Shown piece after piece: positions 12,541 to 25,000 of a stretch of 64,000 nucleotides of DNA. A program made the translations under genes and the position numbers. The DNA is from Pristiophorus japonicus (taxonomy: Eukaryota), in the NCBI RefSeq assembly GCF_044704955.1, contig NW_027253183.1:558001-622000 (forward strand). The letters are read 5' to 3'. The notes beneath the pieces are model-generated. The model had not been told where the DNA came from, searched no databases, and was given only the letters and a program-made list of their open reading frames with translations. Each line of letters opens with the position of its first letter. The first letter of the stretch is position 1.

Positions 12541-13530
12541 CATCATCATAGGCAGTCCCTCAAAATCGAGGAAGACTTGCTTCCACTCTAGAAGTGAGTT
12601 CTCAGGTGATTGAACAGTCCAATAGGGGAATTACAGTCTCTGTCACAGGTGGGACAGACAGTCATTGAGGGAAAGGGTGGGTGGGACTGGTTTGCCGCAC
12701 GCTCCTTCCGCTGCCTGCGCTTGTTTTCTGCACACTCTCGGTGACGAGACTCGAGGTGCTCAACGCCCTTCCGGATGCTCTTCCTCCACTTAAGGCAATC
12801 TTTGCCCAGGGATTCCCAGGTGTCAGTGGGGATGTTGCACTTTATCAAGGAGGCTTTGAGGGTGCCCTTGAAATGTTTCCTCTGTCCACCTGGGGCTCGC
12901 TTGCTGTGTCGGAGTTCCGAGTACAGCGCTTGCTTTGGGAGTCTTGTGTCGGACATGCGGACAATGTGGCCTGCCCAATGGAGCTGGTCGAATGTGGTCA
13001 GTGTTTCGATGCTGGCCTGATTGACAACACTGATGTTGGTGCGTCTGTCCTCCCAGGAGATTTGCAGGATCTTGCGGAGACATCGTTGGTGGTATTTCTC
13101 CAGCGATTTGAGGTCTCTACTGTATATGGTCCACGTCTCCTGAGCATATAGGAGGGCGGGTATCACTACAGCCCTGTAGACCATTTGCCTTCCCAGAAGA
13201 AGGTGTAACCTCCACCTTGTTCTTTGATCTGGCCTTCCCCTACTCACCGGATCTGCTTCGGGCGGCACTGTCGATATCGAAGCCTCTAAGTTCCCGGGCA
13301 TCGATGGCGGTGCGGCATTCCAGTCTGTCGCTGTTGGGGTTGTCCATGAGGGGCCGGACGTTCCAAGTCCCAAACTTCATTTGAAGGGTGGAAGATACAT
13401 GTGCGTGAGTTTTTTTACGGTGGGGTGGCCACCGAACACCGGCTACCACACGGGCTTAGCAGAGCAAGGTCTTGGTCCAGTGGCAAGGTGGTCTGAGACG
13501 ATTGGAGACCAGGCACTACTGTATGGGCCT
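12541..13530 (-). mobile_element. RTE-clade LINE with a large internal deletion
   Basis: EN start MKFGTWNVRPLMD is joined to the RT C-terminus (WAGHIVRMSDTRLPKQALY) and a C-terminal CPTC..HLRTH finger; (ATG)n tail. Confidence 0.9.
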
Positions 13531-16090
13531 AATTGCCTATAGTGGGGTGTGAGCTGTAAGCTCGGCACTGAGCAGTGCCTTCAGGAGAGGTGGTGGGAGA
13601 TCTGAGGTGTGATGAGGGAATGGGATGAAACACGCTGGGGTCCTGCTCCATTTTAGCTTCTCGAAGGATTGTGGGAGAAGTCAGAGTGGCCGCCACCATT
13701 ACCCACGCCACATGCCGAACAGGTGCACCAGGCTCGCGCTGCCTCCGTTGTCCCGGAGACGCTGATGTTTAACTCTCCCTCAGCTGCTCCAGGCTCATGC
13801 TGCTGTCTTACGGAGCATCTTACTGCTGTAGTCTCTGGTGGCATTGAGACTGTATCTGCTCTCATGCAGTCTCAGCTGGATGCCAAGCGAGATCTGACTG
13901 TTGCCATCGCGGCTGGGTCCACCACGGTCCACGGGGAACTTCCGGTGTCGTGCCACACCACTGACCTGTGCTCCAGCTGATTGGTGGGGATGGTGAGGTG
14001 CTGCCCCGGGGGAGTGGAGCAGGCTCCTCGGACCAGGATTCTGATGTGCTCTCTCAGTAGTCCTGAGCTGAGACCTCTCAGTCCGCCATTGCCATCAAGC
14101 ATGGAATCGCCCCAGCCAATCCCGACTGAATGCACCGAGGAGAGTGCGGTGCAGTCTGCAGCTGGCACTTCCAGGGAAAGAGCTGGTCGAGGGCGTCCTA
14201 GAAGGACATCTGCAGCTTCTACACCTGAAACACAGCAGCCTTCCCAGACGCATGATGCAGCCACAGGCGAGACACTGGGGCATAGTTCAAGAATAGGTTT
14301 GTGTAAGAATAAGCAAATGCACAAGGATGATAATTGATGGTGTATGTTTTTTTGCACCATTCTTTCTTGTGTAATAAATCTTTATTTTGTGTTTCAATAT
14401 CTGTGCAGGTGTCTCATTTCACTGTGGGTAATGATGTGTGAGAGGGCTCATTGGGTTGGCCATGGAGATGCACAGGTGAAGGGTGAAGTGCGCATGAACT
14501 CATCAGAAACGAGCAACAATGAGACGGCTTTGCACTTCCCTTGCAGGGTTTGGATGGCGACGCTGCCTCCAGTTTGGCCAGCGACCCGCATCCTGGTCCT
14601 CCTCCTGCACCTCCTCCTCCTTCTGTGCATCGTGCTCCTGTGCCTCCTCCTCCTCCTGGTACTGGTACTGGTCCTCCTCCTCCTGGTCCTCCTCCTCAGC
14701 TGATACTGGTGCCTCGTCCTCCAATGGTTGTGCCCTCATGATTGCCAGGTTATGAAGCATGCATCAGACGACCACGAATAGGGAGACCCGCTCAGGCGAG
14801 TACTGGAAGAGTGATCCAGGCAATGGAACCTCTGTTTAAGGATTCTGATGCACTGCTCAATGAAGCAGCTGGTGGCTGAATGAGAGTCATTGCCGGCTTG
14901 CTGCACAGCAGTCCTGGGGTTGTGAAGGGGAGTCAGCAGCCAAGTGCACAGTGGGTAGCCCTTGTCTCCAAGGACCCAGCCGCAACCTTGGCTTGGTCCA
15001 ACAAACACGTCAGGCGCACCGCTCTGGCGCTGGATGAAAGCAACGAGGCTGCTGCCAGGATACCGGGCATCAGCTGCCATGATTTTGTGGTGGGGTGTCA
15101 CACACCAGCTGCACATTGAGGGAGTGGAATCCCTTGCAGTTTCTGAAGATCTCGGGATTGTTCTGTGGTGCCCTCATTGCGACGTGGGTGCAGTCAATGG
15201 CACCCTGAACCCTGGGGAAGCCCACACACCTCCCGAATCTGGTCTCCACACCAACTGTTTGTCCCTGCTCATCGGGAAGGATAACTAGTCCCTCCTTCTC
15301 TTATAGAGAGCATCTGTCACTTAATGATGGAGCGACGCGCGGTGAAATGTGAAATGTTCGAGATGTCTACTGTAGCAGCTTGGAATGATCAAGTCGCATA
15401 GAAATGGAGTGCTATGGTCACCTTGGATGCAACGGTCAGCGCTGTCCTCAACTTTGTTCGAGGCTGGAGGTCTGGCTGCAGGAGATTGCACAGGAATCGA
15501 AGTCTCCGGAGACACTGGTCATCCGTCAGGTCCATGTATGAGAACTGCTGTCTGTACACCCTTGGACGATAGGGCCTTCTCCCCGCCATGTCTATGTTCA
15601 CGTCTTCCGATGGCAGCTGCCTCATTGCCTTCTCCTTCATGCTCTTGCTGCTCCTCACCCTCTGCAGCCTGCTGCTGGCAAGCATCTGCCTCCTGTGCAC
15701 CCTGCCTTCTCTCCATTTCACCCAATATCTGGAGTGGGAGGGTCAGTGCAGAATGCTGCTACATGCAACACACTTTTAAAGGCTGCTGGTGGTCTTGAGT
15801 TAGCACTGTGTACCGACCCAAAAAACTGTCGTTGGCATCGACAGGCGGCTGGAAGACTTTTTGAATGAATTTACCTTCCGGGGCGGGTCCGATGCGGTGC
15901 GTGCTCGGATGACATCGTTAACGACGCATCTGCTGGAGCGGGGCGGATCTTCACAATGCAGCAAAAACCTTTGAGGGCAATGCCACGAACATCGGCCAGT
16001 CCGCCGTGAGTCCCCGGCCATTCCGCGCCGCCCCATAGCCGCTGCTTTCAGGCAGCAAGAGGCTTTATCGGAAGGGGCAATTTCGGCCCC
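13531..16090 (-). mobile_element. PIF/Harbinger DNA transposon remnant (Harbi1-like transposase on -, second gene remnant on +)
   Basis: ARYPGS, WVLGDKGYPL..WLLTP, IEQCIRILKQRF, VYRQ..SYMDLTDDQCLRRLRF, TIALHFYAT; TIR-like GGGGCCGAAATTGCCC at ~16075-16090. Confidence 0.85.
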
Positions 16091-16914
16091 ACCCAACGTT
16101 AATAAGTGACCTGTTTTAAAATGCCCATGTTCTGTCTCTTTCTACAATGAAGTAAGCTTCCTGTTGGTTACTGTGGCACCTCCCTGTACAATCTCTCAAT
16201 GCTCAGCTCATGGATACTATTTAAAACTAGACTGAAATAAACGACCAGTAACCAGGGCATTTGCCATCTACATGGTCACCAGCTTGAAACTACCGTCAGT
16301 CGTAGGGAGAAGAGCCACTTTAAAATGAATCGCTATTTGAAGTTAACGAAAGGTTCATGTACATTGCTCCATAAAACAGAGCATTCTCTGACTTATTGTG
16401 AGTAACACAGGACATCCACTGGCAACCTATTAAAAATGGTGCACAGGATGCATTTCCTGTTTGACTGTCACATTTCCTGTGTCACACTTTGGCTGTCACA
16501 CCTTCTCATATGCAAAGTTCTCCCAGCCGATAGGATTAAATTTCATATTCATCAACCACCAACAGATCACAACTGCACAGGTGGAGAACGTGAGAATCAG
16601 CAAGTAACAAGCAGGAATGAAAAACACCAAAACACGAAGCTCCAAAAACTACAAATTAAGATGTGCAGTCAGCAGTAGCTATGATAGGCCCAGGCAAACC
16701 AATTCACATCTGGTTTCTTCATCTAACATCAACACATACGTTAAAATATACATTGAATCAAATACGTAAGATTTTCAACTTGCGTAAAACTGCTGTTGTG
16801 AGCTGACACCCAGTGTAGAATCCGCCCAATCCTCATTGCACAAGACAAGGTTCTTTTTAAAAATTAGCCAATCTCCTGTGACGTTGTACATTGTAACCGT
16901 AATGTCTTTGTGTT

Positions 16915-17955
16915 GTTCTTCTTGACTTGTCTGCAGACTTTGACATGATTTACCAATCCATCCTCCTCCAAACCCTCTCCACCGTTGACCAGCTGGGTGA
17001 GACTGCACTCACCTGGTTTCAATCTTATCTATCTAACCGTTGCCAGAGAATAGTTTCTCTTCCTACTCCTGCACCGTTAACTCTGGTTCCCCCCCACAAG
17101 GATCTATCCTTGGCCCCCTCCTATTTATCATCTACATTGGCAACATCATTCAAAAATACAGCGCCAGTTTCCACACATACACTGACGTCTCCCAGCTTCA
17201 CCTCACTACCACGTCTCTCCACCCCGTCACGGTCTCTAAATTGTCAGACTGCCTATCCAACATATCGTACTGGATGAGCAGAAATGTTCTCCAATGAAAT
17301 ATTGGGACAACCAAAGCCATTGTTTTCAGTCCCCGTCACCAACTCCGTTCCCCAGCCACTTACTCCATCCCTGTCCTGTCTGAGGCTGAACCAAGCTGTT
17401 CACAACCTTGGTGCCATATTTGACCCGGAAATCAGCTTCCAAACATTTATCTGCAGCTTAACTAAGACCACCTAGTTCCAACTCTGTAACATCGATCGTC
17501 TCCGACCTGCCTCAGCTCATCCGCTGCTGAAACCCTCATCCATGTCTTTTTACCTTTATTCTTGAATATTCAAACATTCTATCCTACACAAACTTGAGGT
17601 CATCCAAAACTCGGCAGCCCATGTCCTAACTTGCACCAAGTCCCACTCACCCATCACCCCTGAGCTCACTGACCTACATTGGCTCCCAGTTAAGCAACGC
17701 CTCAATTTGAAAATTCTCATCCTTGTTTTCAAATCCCTCCACGGCCTCGCCCCTCCCTTTCTCTGTAATCTCCTCCAGCCCCACAACCCCTCGAGATGTC
17801 TGCGCTCCTCTAATTCTGCCCTCCTGAGCATCCCGGATTATAATCGCTCCACCATTGGTGGCCGTGCCTTCTGTTGCCTGGCCCCAAGCTCTGGAACTCC
17901 CTGCCTAAACCTCTCCGCCTCTCTACCTCGTTCCTCCTTCAAGATGCTCCTTAAC
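16915..17955 (+). mobile_element. L2 LINE RT and 3' region
   Basis: LSADFD.I...ILL, WFQSYLSNR, PQGSILGPLLFIIY, LHWLPV, ILVFKSLHGLAP. Confidence 0.9.
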
Positions 17956-18519
17956 AACAACAACTTGTATTTATATAGTGCCTTTAATGTAAAATGTCCC
18001 AAGGCGCTCCACAAGCTCGGTCAAAGAGGTAGGTTTTATGGAGAGTCTTAAAGGTGTAAAGAGTAGAGAGGTCCCCCGCAACTTTCCTTATATCTCGGTT
18101 CTTTTCTGCTGTTGTCTTTTTTTTGTCTGAACTTATTTTTTGTGCACATCAGCTCCCTGCAGAATCTATTCCCTCCTTCACCCTGTCTTGCACTCTTGCT
18201 CCTGTTCTGCCCCTCCTGAAAACATTGCAATCTGATGTGTTTATGTTGCACTCCTGCACAATTCCCAGCCAGGTTTGTCAGTGCTGTTAAATCCGTGCCA
18301 CCATTGTTTCTCATTCCCTCAGTAAGCCCCACACTCCCAGCATTGACAGACTTTATCTTTTGGCCGTATTTAAAGCTGCTCCTTGCCCTTGTTTATCTGT
18401 CCAAGCTCACACTTCCTTTCAGGATTGTTGCTGCACACAACTCATTGATTTGATTTCCCGCTTCTATTCCTTCTCATGCTGTGATTGACCACAAATGGTT
18501 TGTTTGTATATTTGGGTCA

Positions 18520-18681
18520 TCCGGTTCAAACTTCCCGCGCGCCCAACCGTCCCCGCCCCGCGCGGGGGCCCCGCCCACCGGCCCCGCCCCGCTCGGCGCT
18601 GGGGACCAATCAGAATGGCGAGTGGATGAGGCGGGAACAGCGGAGCGGCGCCGCGGTTGGAGGCGATGGCGGCCGGTGAGC
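18520..18681 (+). promoter_or_regulatory. CpG-island promoter with GC boxes, CCAAT box and an E2F/CDE-CHR-like element
   Basis: High CpG density; several CCCCGCCC; CCAAT at 18606-18610; TTCAAACTTCCCGCGC at 18525-18540 (GCGCGGGAAG-TTTGAA on -). Confidence 0.7.
18666..18675 (+). CDS. Candidate first coding exon (Met-Ala-Ala, phase 1) of an unidentified gene
   Basis: Strong Kozak context GGCGATGG, then ATG GCG GCC G|GTGAGC donor; no downstream exon identified. Confidence 0.45.
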
Positions 18682-18835
18682 GGAGGCTGAGCCCGGGCCC
18701 GGGCGGGCGGGGAGAGGCTGGGGGCCGGGGCCGGGGCCGGGGCCGAGGGGCAGAGGCTGAGGGCCTGCAGTGTCATGGTTCATTGCCATTGGCCGCAGTT
18801 ACTGCCCTGACTGGGGAGTGTTGGAGGGAGTTTAT

Positions 18836-19385
18836 CCCCGCCCCGCCCCGCTCACTGCCTCCTCCAGCCCACTGCCGCCACACACTCCCCCCCCCCCGCA
18901 CCACCTCGGCCCCTGGAGCCCACTCCCCCCTAACCCCATCCATCCATCCCCCGCCCGGGTCCGCCCCCCGCTCACTGCAGGCCGGCCCCGGCCCCGGCCC
19001 TCAGCCTCTCCCCGCCCGCCCCCCGCTCACTGCAGGCCCTTCCCGGCCCTCAGCCTCTCCCCACCCGCCCCCCGCTCACTACAGGCCCTTCCCGGCCCTC
19101 AGCCTCTCCCCGCCCGCCCCCCCGCTCACTGCAGGCCGGCCCCGGCCCCGGCCCTCAGCCTCTCCCCGCCCGCCCCCCCGCTCACTGCAGGCCGGCCCCG
19201 GCCCCGGCCCTCAGCCTCTCCCCGCCCGCCCCCCGCTCACTGCAGGCCGGCCCCGGCCCTCAGCCTCTCCCCGCCCGCCCCCCCCGCTCACTGCAGGCCG
19301 GCCCCGGCCCTCAGCCTCTCCCCGCCCGCCCCCCCGCTCACTGCAGGCCGGCCCCGGCCCTCAGCCTCTCCCCACCCGCCTCCGG
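18836..19385. repeat. GC-rich minisatellite, ~40-47-bp unit (CCCCGCTCACTGCAGGCCGGCCCCGGCCCTCAGCCTCTCCCCGCCCG)
   Basis: About 10 visible tandem copies; an inverted partial copy at ~18700-18770. Confidence 0.9.
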
Positions 19386-20329
19386 CACGAGACCTGGGTG
19401 TCATGGTGCATCAGTCATTGAAAGTTGGCATGCAGGTACAGCAGGCGGTGAAGAAGGCAAATGGCATGTTGGCCTTCATAGCTAGGGGATTTGAGTATAG
19501 GGGCAGTTGTACAGGGCCTTGGTGAGGCCTCACCTGGAATATTGTGTTCAGTTTTGATCTTGTATTCTGAAGAAGGGACGTTCTTGCTATTGAGGGTGTC
19601 ATGTATGTAACCAGAATGTAACACCACTGTATTACTGGATACACTCAACCTAGATGCACACCTTGACCACAAGGGGTGAACTAGTGGGAGACACTCCTTA
19701 CCTGAACACACAGGTATAAAGAGGGAGGTCCCACGCAGGGTCAGCGTCTTTGGAGTCCTGTGAATAAAGAGTTACGGTCAGAGTGACCTTGTCCCCAGAA
19801 TGTGCCTCGTGTGGTTTCATGCTGTAGAGTAAGGACTTTACAGACGGAGTGCAGCGAAGGTTCACCAGACTGATTCCTGGGATGGCAGGACTGACATCTG
19901 AGGAGAGACTGGATCGACTGGGCCTCTATTCACTGGAGTTTAGAAGGATGAGAGGGGATTTCATAGAAACATAAGATTCTGACAGAACAGGTTAGATGCG
20001 GCAAGAATGTTCCCGATGTTGGGGAAGTCCAGAACCAGGGGACACAGTCTTAGGATAAGGGGTAGACCATTTAGGACTAAGATGAGGAGAAACTTCTTCA
20101 CTCAGAGTTGTTAACCTGTGGAATTCTCTACCGCAGAGAGTTGTTGATGCCAGTTCGTTGGATATATTCAAGAGGAATTTAGATGTGGCCCTTATGGCTA
20201 AAGGGATCAAGGGGTATGGAGAGAAAGCAGGAAAGGGGTACTGAGGGAATGATCAACTATGATCTAATGGTGGTGCAGGCTCGAAGGGCCGAATGGCCTA
20301 CTCCTGCACCTATTTTCTTTGTTTCTATG
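19386..20329 (+). mobile_element. CR1 LINE 3' part, interrupted by a solo LTR
   Basis: DLGVMVHQSLKVGMQVQQAVKKANGMLAFI; CR1 3'UTR ending GTTTCTATG. Confidence 0.9.
19597..19842 (+). mobile_element. Solo Gypsy-type LTR
   Basis: TG...CA ends, TATAAA and AATAAA inside, 5-bp TSD GAGGG/GACGG; the start TGTCATGTAT matches the LTR at 59489-59719. Confidence 0.85.
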
Positions 20330-20444
20330 GGACAACTCCCTCTTCCCTCCTGCAGCACACAGGCTCTCAGTCCTGGCTGAGAACGTGGGGCCAATCCTTT
20401 CAACCCAGCTCCCAATATGATCGCTTGTATTGGAGCTGTGACAA

Positions 20445-20520
20445 CAATGTGGGGAAGTGAAGTGACATTGAGCCACCTGTGGACCATGGACGGTAACAGG
20501 AGACAGTGTGTGAATGAACA
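20445..20520 (+). promoter_or_regulatory. Paralogous promoter element of the IgSF gene (copy B)
   Basis: GGGGAAGTGAA-GTGACATTGAGCCA...GTAAC...ACAGTGTGTGAATG, matching 49680-49741, which lies directly upstream of a leader exon. Confidence 0.55.
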
Positions 20521-21010
20521 GGAATTGGCCGTCGGAATTTCCCCTTTTTCCCGCCCGTGGGAGCCCCGGGGGTTGCTAACTGAGCGTGAAATACTTTTTG
20601 GCCGGGGGTGGGGGGCGCACTGGGCGATATCGGCTCCCAGGAAATTGCCCGGAGTTTGTGGCGGCACTATCATGGCACGCTGCCCCCGCGGCTAGTGGCT
20701 CGGGCCGCTGAGCAACCAGCGATGACGTATGGAAGTCCTTCTGGAAGGGCACAGGGCGTTGGTGAAGCCACACCTGGAGTACTGCGTACAGTTTTGGTCT
20801 CCGTATTTAAGGATTGGAGGCTGTTCAGAGAAGGTGCACCAGATTGATTCCCGAGATGAAGGGGTTATCTTGTGTAGTAAGGTTGAGCAGTTTGGGCCTG
20901 GACTCTTTGGAGTTTAGAAGAATTAAAGGTAATCTTATTGAAACGTATAAGATTCTGAGGGGGCTCGACAGGGTCGATGCAGAGAGGATGTTTCTCCGTA
21001 TCGGGGAATC

Positions 21011-21642
21011 TAGAAATGGTGTTTTCCTCTTTCTGGGTGTCGCAGCTTTTAATTTCCTTTGTGGTGATACGCTGTATGATTTCCTCCAAATAATCAGCTA
21101 ATTTAGGGCGATAAACAGAGTAAATTGAGTTCTCGGGCGACTGCCTCAAGTCTACTGCAACAAAAGTGCCCCTGAATTATATTCCCAAAAAAGCACCAGA
21201 CTCCTTTGAAGTCTGTCAGGAGCCCACCTGTCTAATGGGAATGGCTGCTCCCCCGATCCATTTTCCCAAACCTCTGCCCCAAGTACGTCTCACCACTATA
21301 AGTGACCGTACAGGAGGTAAGAAGGTATTCCTGAGGCGGATAGAGCATTGACAAGGCCATGTAATGTACAGCTGTTGAGAGTTGCCATTATTTTGCTTGC
21401 CTATTGGTGTCTTTGAATCAGTGAAGTACTAATCAGGACTTTTGCCATTAGTGGCTGCTTTCAAATGGAAAAACGGCACGTGCACGGAAATTTGAATGGG
21501 CCGCACAGCCATTTCAAGGTGTCGCTCACCCAAAATAAATGAGCAGGAATAATGATGGTGGGAATTTTATTCTTATGCTAGTGAGGAGTTATCGAAAAGA
21601 AGCCAGATTGAAGGTGCTCAGTCAGTGTGATTCTTCCCTACA
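21011..21642 (+). other. Duplicated non-TE block (copy B), paralog of 55028-55603
   Basis: Collinear similarity by eye, e.g. TAGAAATGGTGTTTTCCTCTTTCTGGGTGT, TATATTCCCAAAAAAGCACCAGAC, GTCTGTCAGGAGCCCACCTGTCT, TGATTCTTCCCTACA. Confidence 0.85.
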
Positions 21643-22066
21643 TGCTGATAACCGGTCTGCAGTCTGAGAGGCCTAGAAATTCAGGCGTACCCGTTTTGGG
21701 GCGCGTGGTGGGTGCAGGGTTCGATACTGGGTCTCGGGGTGATGGGAGTGGAGGTGTTCATGGGGGGAGGTGGGGAGCAGGAGCAGTGATGATCAGGGTG
21801 GGGGTGATGGTGATAACAGGGTTGGGGAGGTACACCTGGTGATCGTGGAGGGGGTGATGGTGGTTATCACAGGAGAGGTGGAGCGGTGATGATCGGGTGG
21901 TTGGAGCAAGATGGGCGGTGATCAAGGGAGGTCTGGAGAGCAAGTGGCGGTGATCACAGAGGCGGCTTGCCGGGGGGGAGAGCGGCTTACTGCGGCTCGT
22001 GTATCTGTTAATGTGGCACCAGGAGAAGGATTCCTGCTCCTTTCCCAGTTCCACGTTCAGGTAAGT

Positions 22067-25000
22067 AGAAACATAAAAATTTACAGCACAGAACGAGGCC
22101 ATTTTGGCCCATCGCGTCCGCGCCGGCCGACAGAGAGCCGCACGGCCCATGGTCAGCAGCCCTAAAGGTTACATATAAACTTGTGAACAATGACAAAGGC
22201 AAAGAGCAACCAGTCCGCCTCACTACCCTTATACTGAAACATTCCACACTCCAACCCAACCGGAGCCATGTGATCTCCTGGGAGAGGCAAAAACCAGATT
22301 TAAAAACCCAGGCCAATTTAGGGAGAAAAAAATCTGGGAAAATTCCTCTCCGACCCATCCAGGCGATCGAAACTAGTCCAGGAGATCACCCTGGCCGTAT
22401 TCGATTCCCTGCAGTACTGACCATTATATCTGCTCCGTCCAACAAAAGGTCATCCAGTCTGTGGTGACCGAGGAGCAGACCAAGTGATAGACAAGATCGA
22501 CACTCGGGTAGAGACGTCAGACTTCGGTAGGTGGTTCACAACGGTCTTTATTCGCAGGCCTGGAGAGAACCTTCCAAGATTGCTCTTGGATCCGACTCCG
22601 CCGGGGAATCATCTGCTACAGTCTTTTATACTTTATTCTCACAAGCTTATCGTACAGGCAAAGTCTGCAGCTCAGCATTCTTCGAACTAAATCATTGTGT
22701 GTCTGCATTCTTAGAAAATTACATTTCACCATATCTTGTACAGATAGCTACAACATCTTGTTGTACAATTCCCAAGGCCTCAATCTGGTGTTAACGTGAC
22801 TGGGTTTTGTTACAAGCCAGTCGTCTTAATACTTTATGGTCAATTTGTTACCGTGCTTTTACCTTGGGGCTTTCTACCAGTATACTTCAGTCTAATCCCA
22901 ATTACCAGCTCGAGGTCCGTAACCCTGCAGGTTACTGCACTTTAAGTGCCCATCCAACCATCTCTTAAAAGTGGTGAGGGTTTCTGCATCCACCACCCTT
23001 CCAGGCAGCGAGTTACTGATCCTCTCAACCCTCTGCGTAAAAAAGCCCCCCTCAAATCCCCTCTAAACCTTCCACCATCCACCTTAAACCTATGCCCCCT
23101 CGTAATAGACCCCTCCACCAATGGAAATCGGCCCTTACTATCCACTATGTCCAGGCCCCTCAATATTTTGTACCCCTCGATGATGTTTCCTCTCAACCTC
23201 CTTTGTTCCAATGAGACCAAACCCAGTCTATGCAATCTGTCCTCATAACTAAGATTCTCCATTCCAGGCAGCATCCTAGTAAATCTCCTCTGCACCCTCT
23301 CTAGTACAATCACGTTCTTCCTATAATACGGTGACCAGAACTGCGCACACTACTCCAGCTGTGGCCTAACCAAAGTATTATACAATTTAAGCATAACCTC
23401 GCTGCTCTTATATTCTATGCCTCGGGCAATAAAGGCAAGCATTCTGTATGTCTTCTTAACCACCTTATCCACCTGGCCTGCTACTTTCAGGGATTTGTGG
23501 ACAAACACTCCAAGGTCCCTTTGTTCATCCACACTATTAAGTGACCTACCACTTAATGTGTATACCCTTTGCTTATTAGCCCTCCCAAAGTGCATCACCT
23601 CACACTTCTCTGAATTGAATTCCATTTGCCACTGCTCTGCCTACCTGACCCGTAGATTGATATCCTCCTGCAGCCCATGACTTTCCTCTTCATTATCAAC
23701 CACACAGCCAATATTCGTGTCGTCTGCAAACTTCTTAATCATACTCACTATATTCAAATCTAAATCATTGATATATACCACAAAAAGCAACGGTCCCACT
23801 ACTGAGCCCTGCGGAACCCCACTGGAAACAACCTTCCACTCACAAAAGCATCCATCAACCATTACCCTTTGCTTCCTACCTCCAAGCCAATTTTGGATCC
23901 AACTTGCCACTGTATCCCATGGGCTTTAACCTTCATGACTAGTCTACCATGTGGGACCTTATCAAAAGCTTTGCTAAAGTCCATATATACTACATCGTAC
24001 GCACTACCCTCATCGACCCTCTTGGTTACCTCCTCAAAAAATTCAATTGGGTTAGTAATACACGATCTTCCCTTAACAAATCCGTGCTAACTGTCCCTAA
24101 TTAATTCTTGCCTTTCCAAATACAGATTTATCCTGTCTTTCAGGATCTTCTCCCAATAATTTTCCCTCCACTGAGGTTAGGCCGACAGGCCTGTAATTAC
24201 TCGGCCTATCCCTTTTTCCCTTAAACAAGGGTACTACATTACCAGTCCTCCAATCCTCCGCCACCATGCCCAGATCCAAAGACGACTGGAAAATGATGGT
24301 CAAGGCCCCTGCTATTTCCTCCTTTACTTCGCTCAACAGCCTGGGATGCATTTCATCCGGGCCTGGGGACTTATCTACTTTCAAAGCTGCTAAATCCTTT
24401 AATACTTCCCCTCTCACTCCATTTATTTCATCCAGAATATCACACTCCTCCTCGATAGCAGTATCTGCATTACCCCTTTCCTTTGTGAAAACAGATGCAA
24501 AGTATTCGTTAAGAACCTTATCAACATCTTCCGCCTCCACACAAAGATCACCCTCATGGTCTCTAATAGACCCTACTCTTTCTTTAGTTACCCTCTTACT
24601 CTTAATATATTTATAGAAGATCTTGGGGTTTTCCTTAATTTTACCAGCCAAGAATTTCTCATGCTCTCTCTTAGCATTCCTAATATCCTTTTTAATTTTG
24701 CCTCTTTCTATATTCCTCTAAAGATTCTAAAGTATTTAGCCGTTGGTATATGACATAAGCATCCCTTTTTTTCTTAATCCTCCCCTGTAAGTCCCTAGAC
24801 ATTCAGGGGGTTCGAGAATTATTTTTCCCAGCCTTTTTCTTTAAGGGCACATATTTGGCCTGAGCCATCCAGATCTCCTCCTTAAATGACTCCCACTGTT
24901 CCGATACTGATTTACCCACAAGTAGCTGTTTCCAGTCCACTTTGGCCAAATCACTCCTTAACTTAACAAAATTAGCTTTTCCCCAATTTGGAACTTTTAT

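Noticed and set aside
14344-14703. Leucine-rich hydrophobic ORF resembling a transmembrane segment
   Set aside because: Antisense of the acidic (GAG)n C-terminal tail of the Harbinger transposase
18657-19525. Proline-rich ORFs of ~250 aa
   Set aside because: Translations of the GC-rich minisatellite running into CR1
21185-21290. Minus-strand hairpin plus T6, suggestive of a Pol III RNA (also at ~55197-55295)
   Set aside because: No resemblance to vault, Y, U6, U6atac or 7SK RNA that I can recognise; similarity between the copies extends evenly on both sides
22011-22066. ATG followed by a CAG|GTAAGT donor upstream of the pseudo-V exon
   Set aside because: The peptide MWHQEKDSCSFPSSTF is not a signal peptide, the donor is phase 2, and the sequence looks like part of a MITE-like repeat
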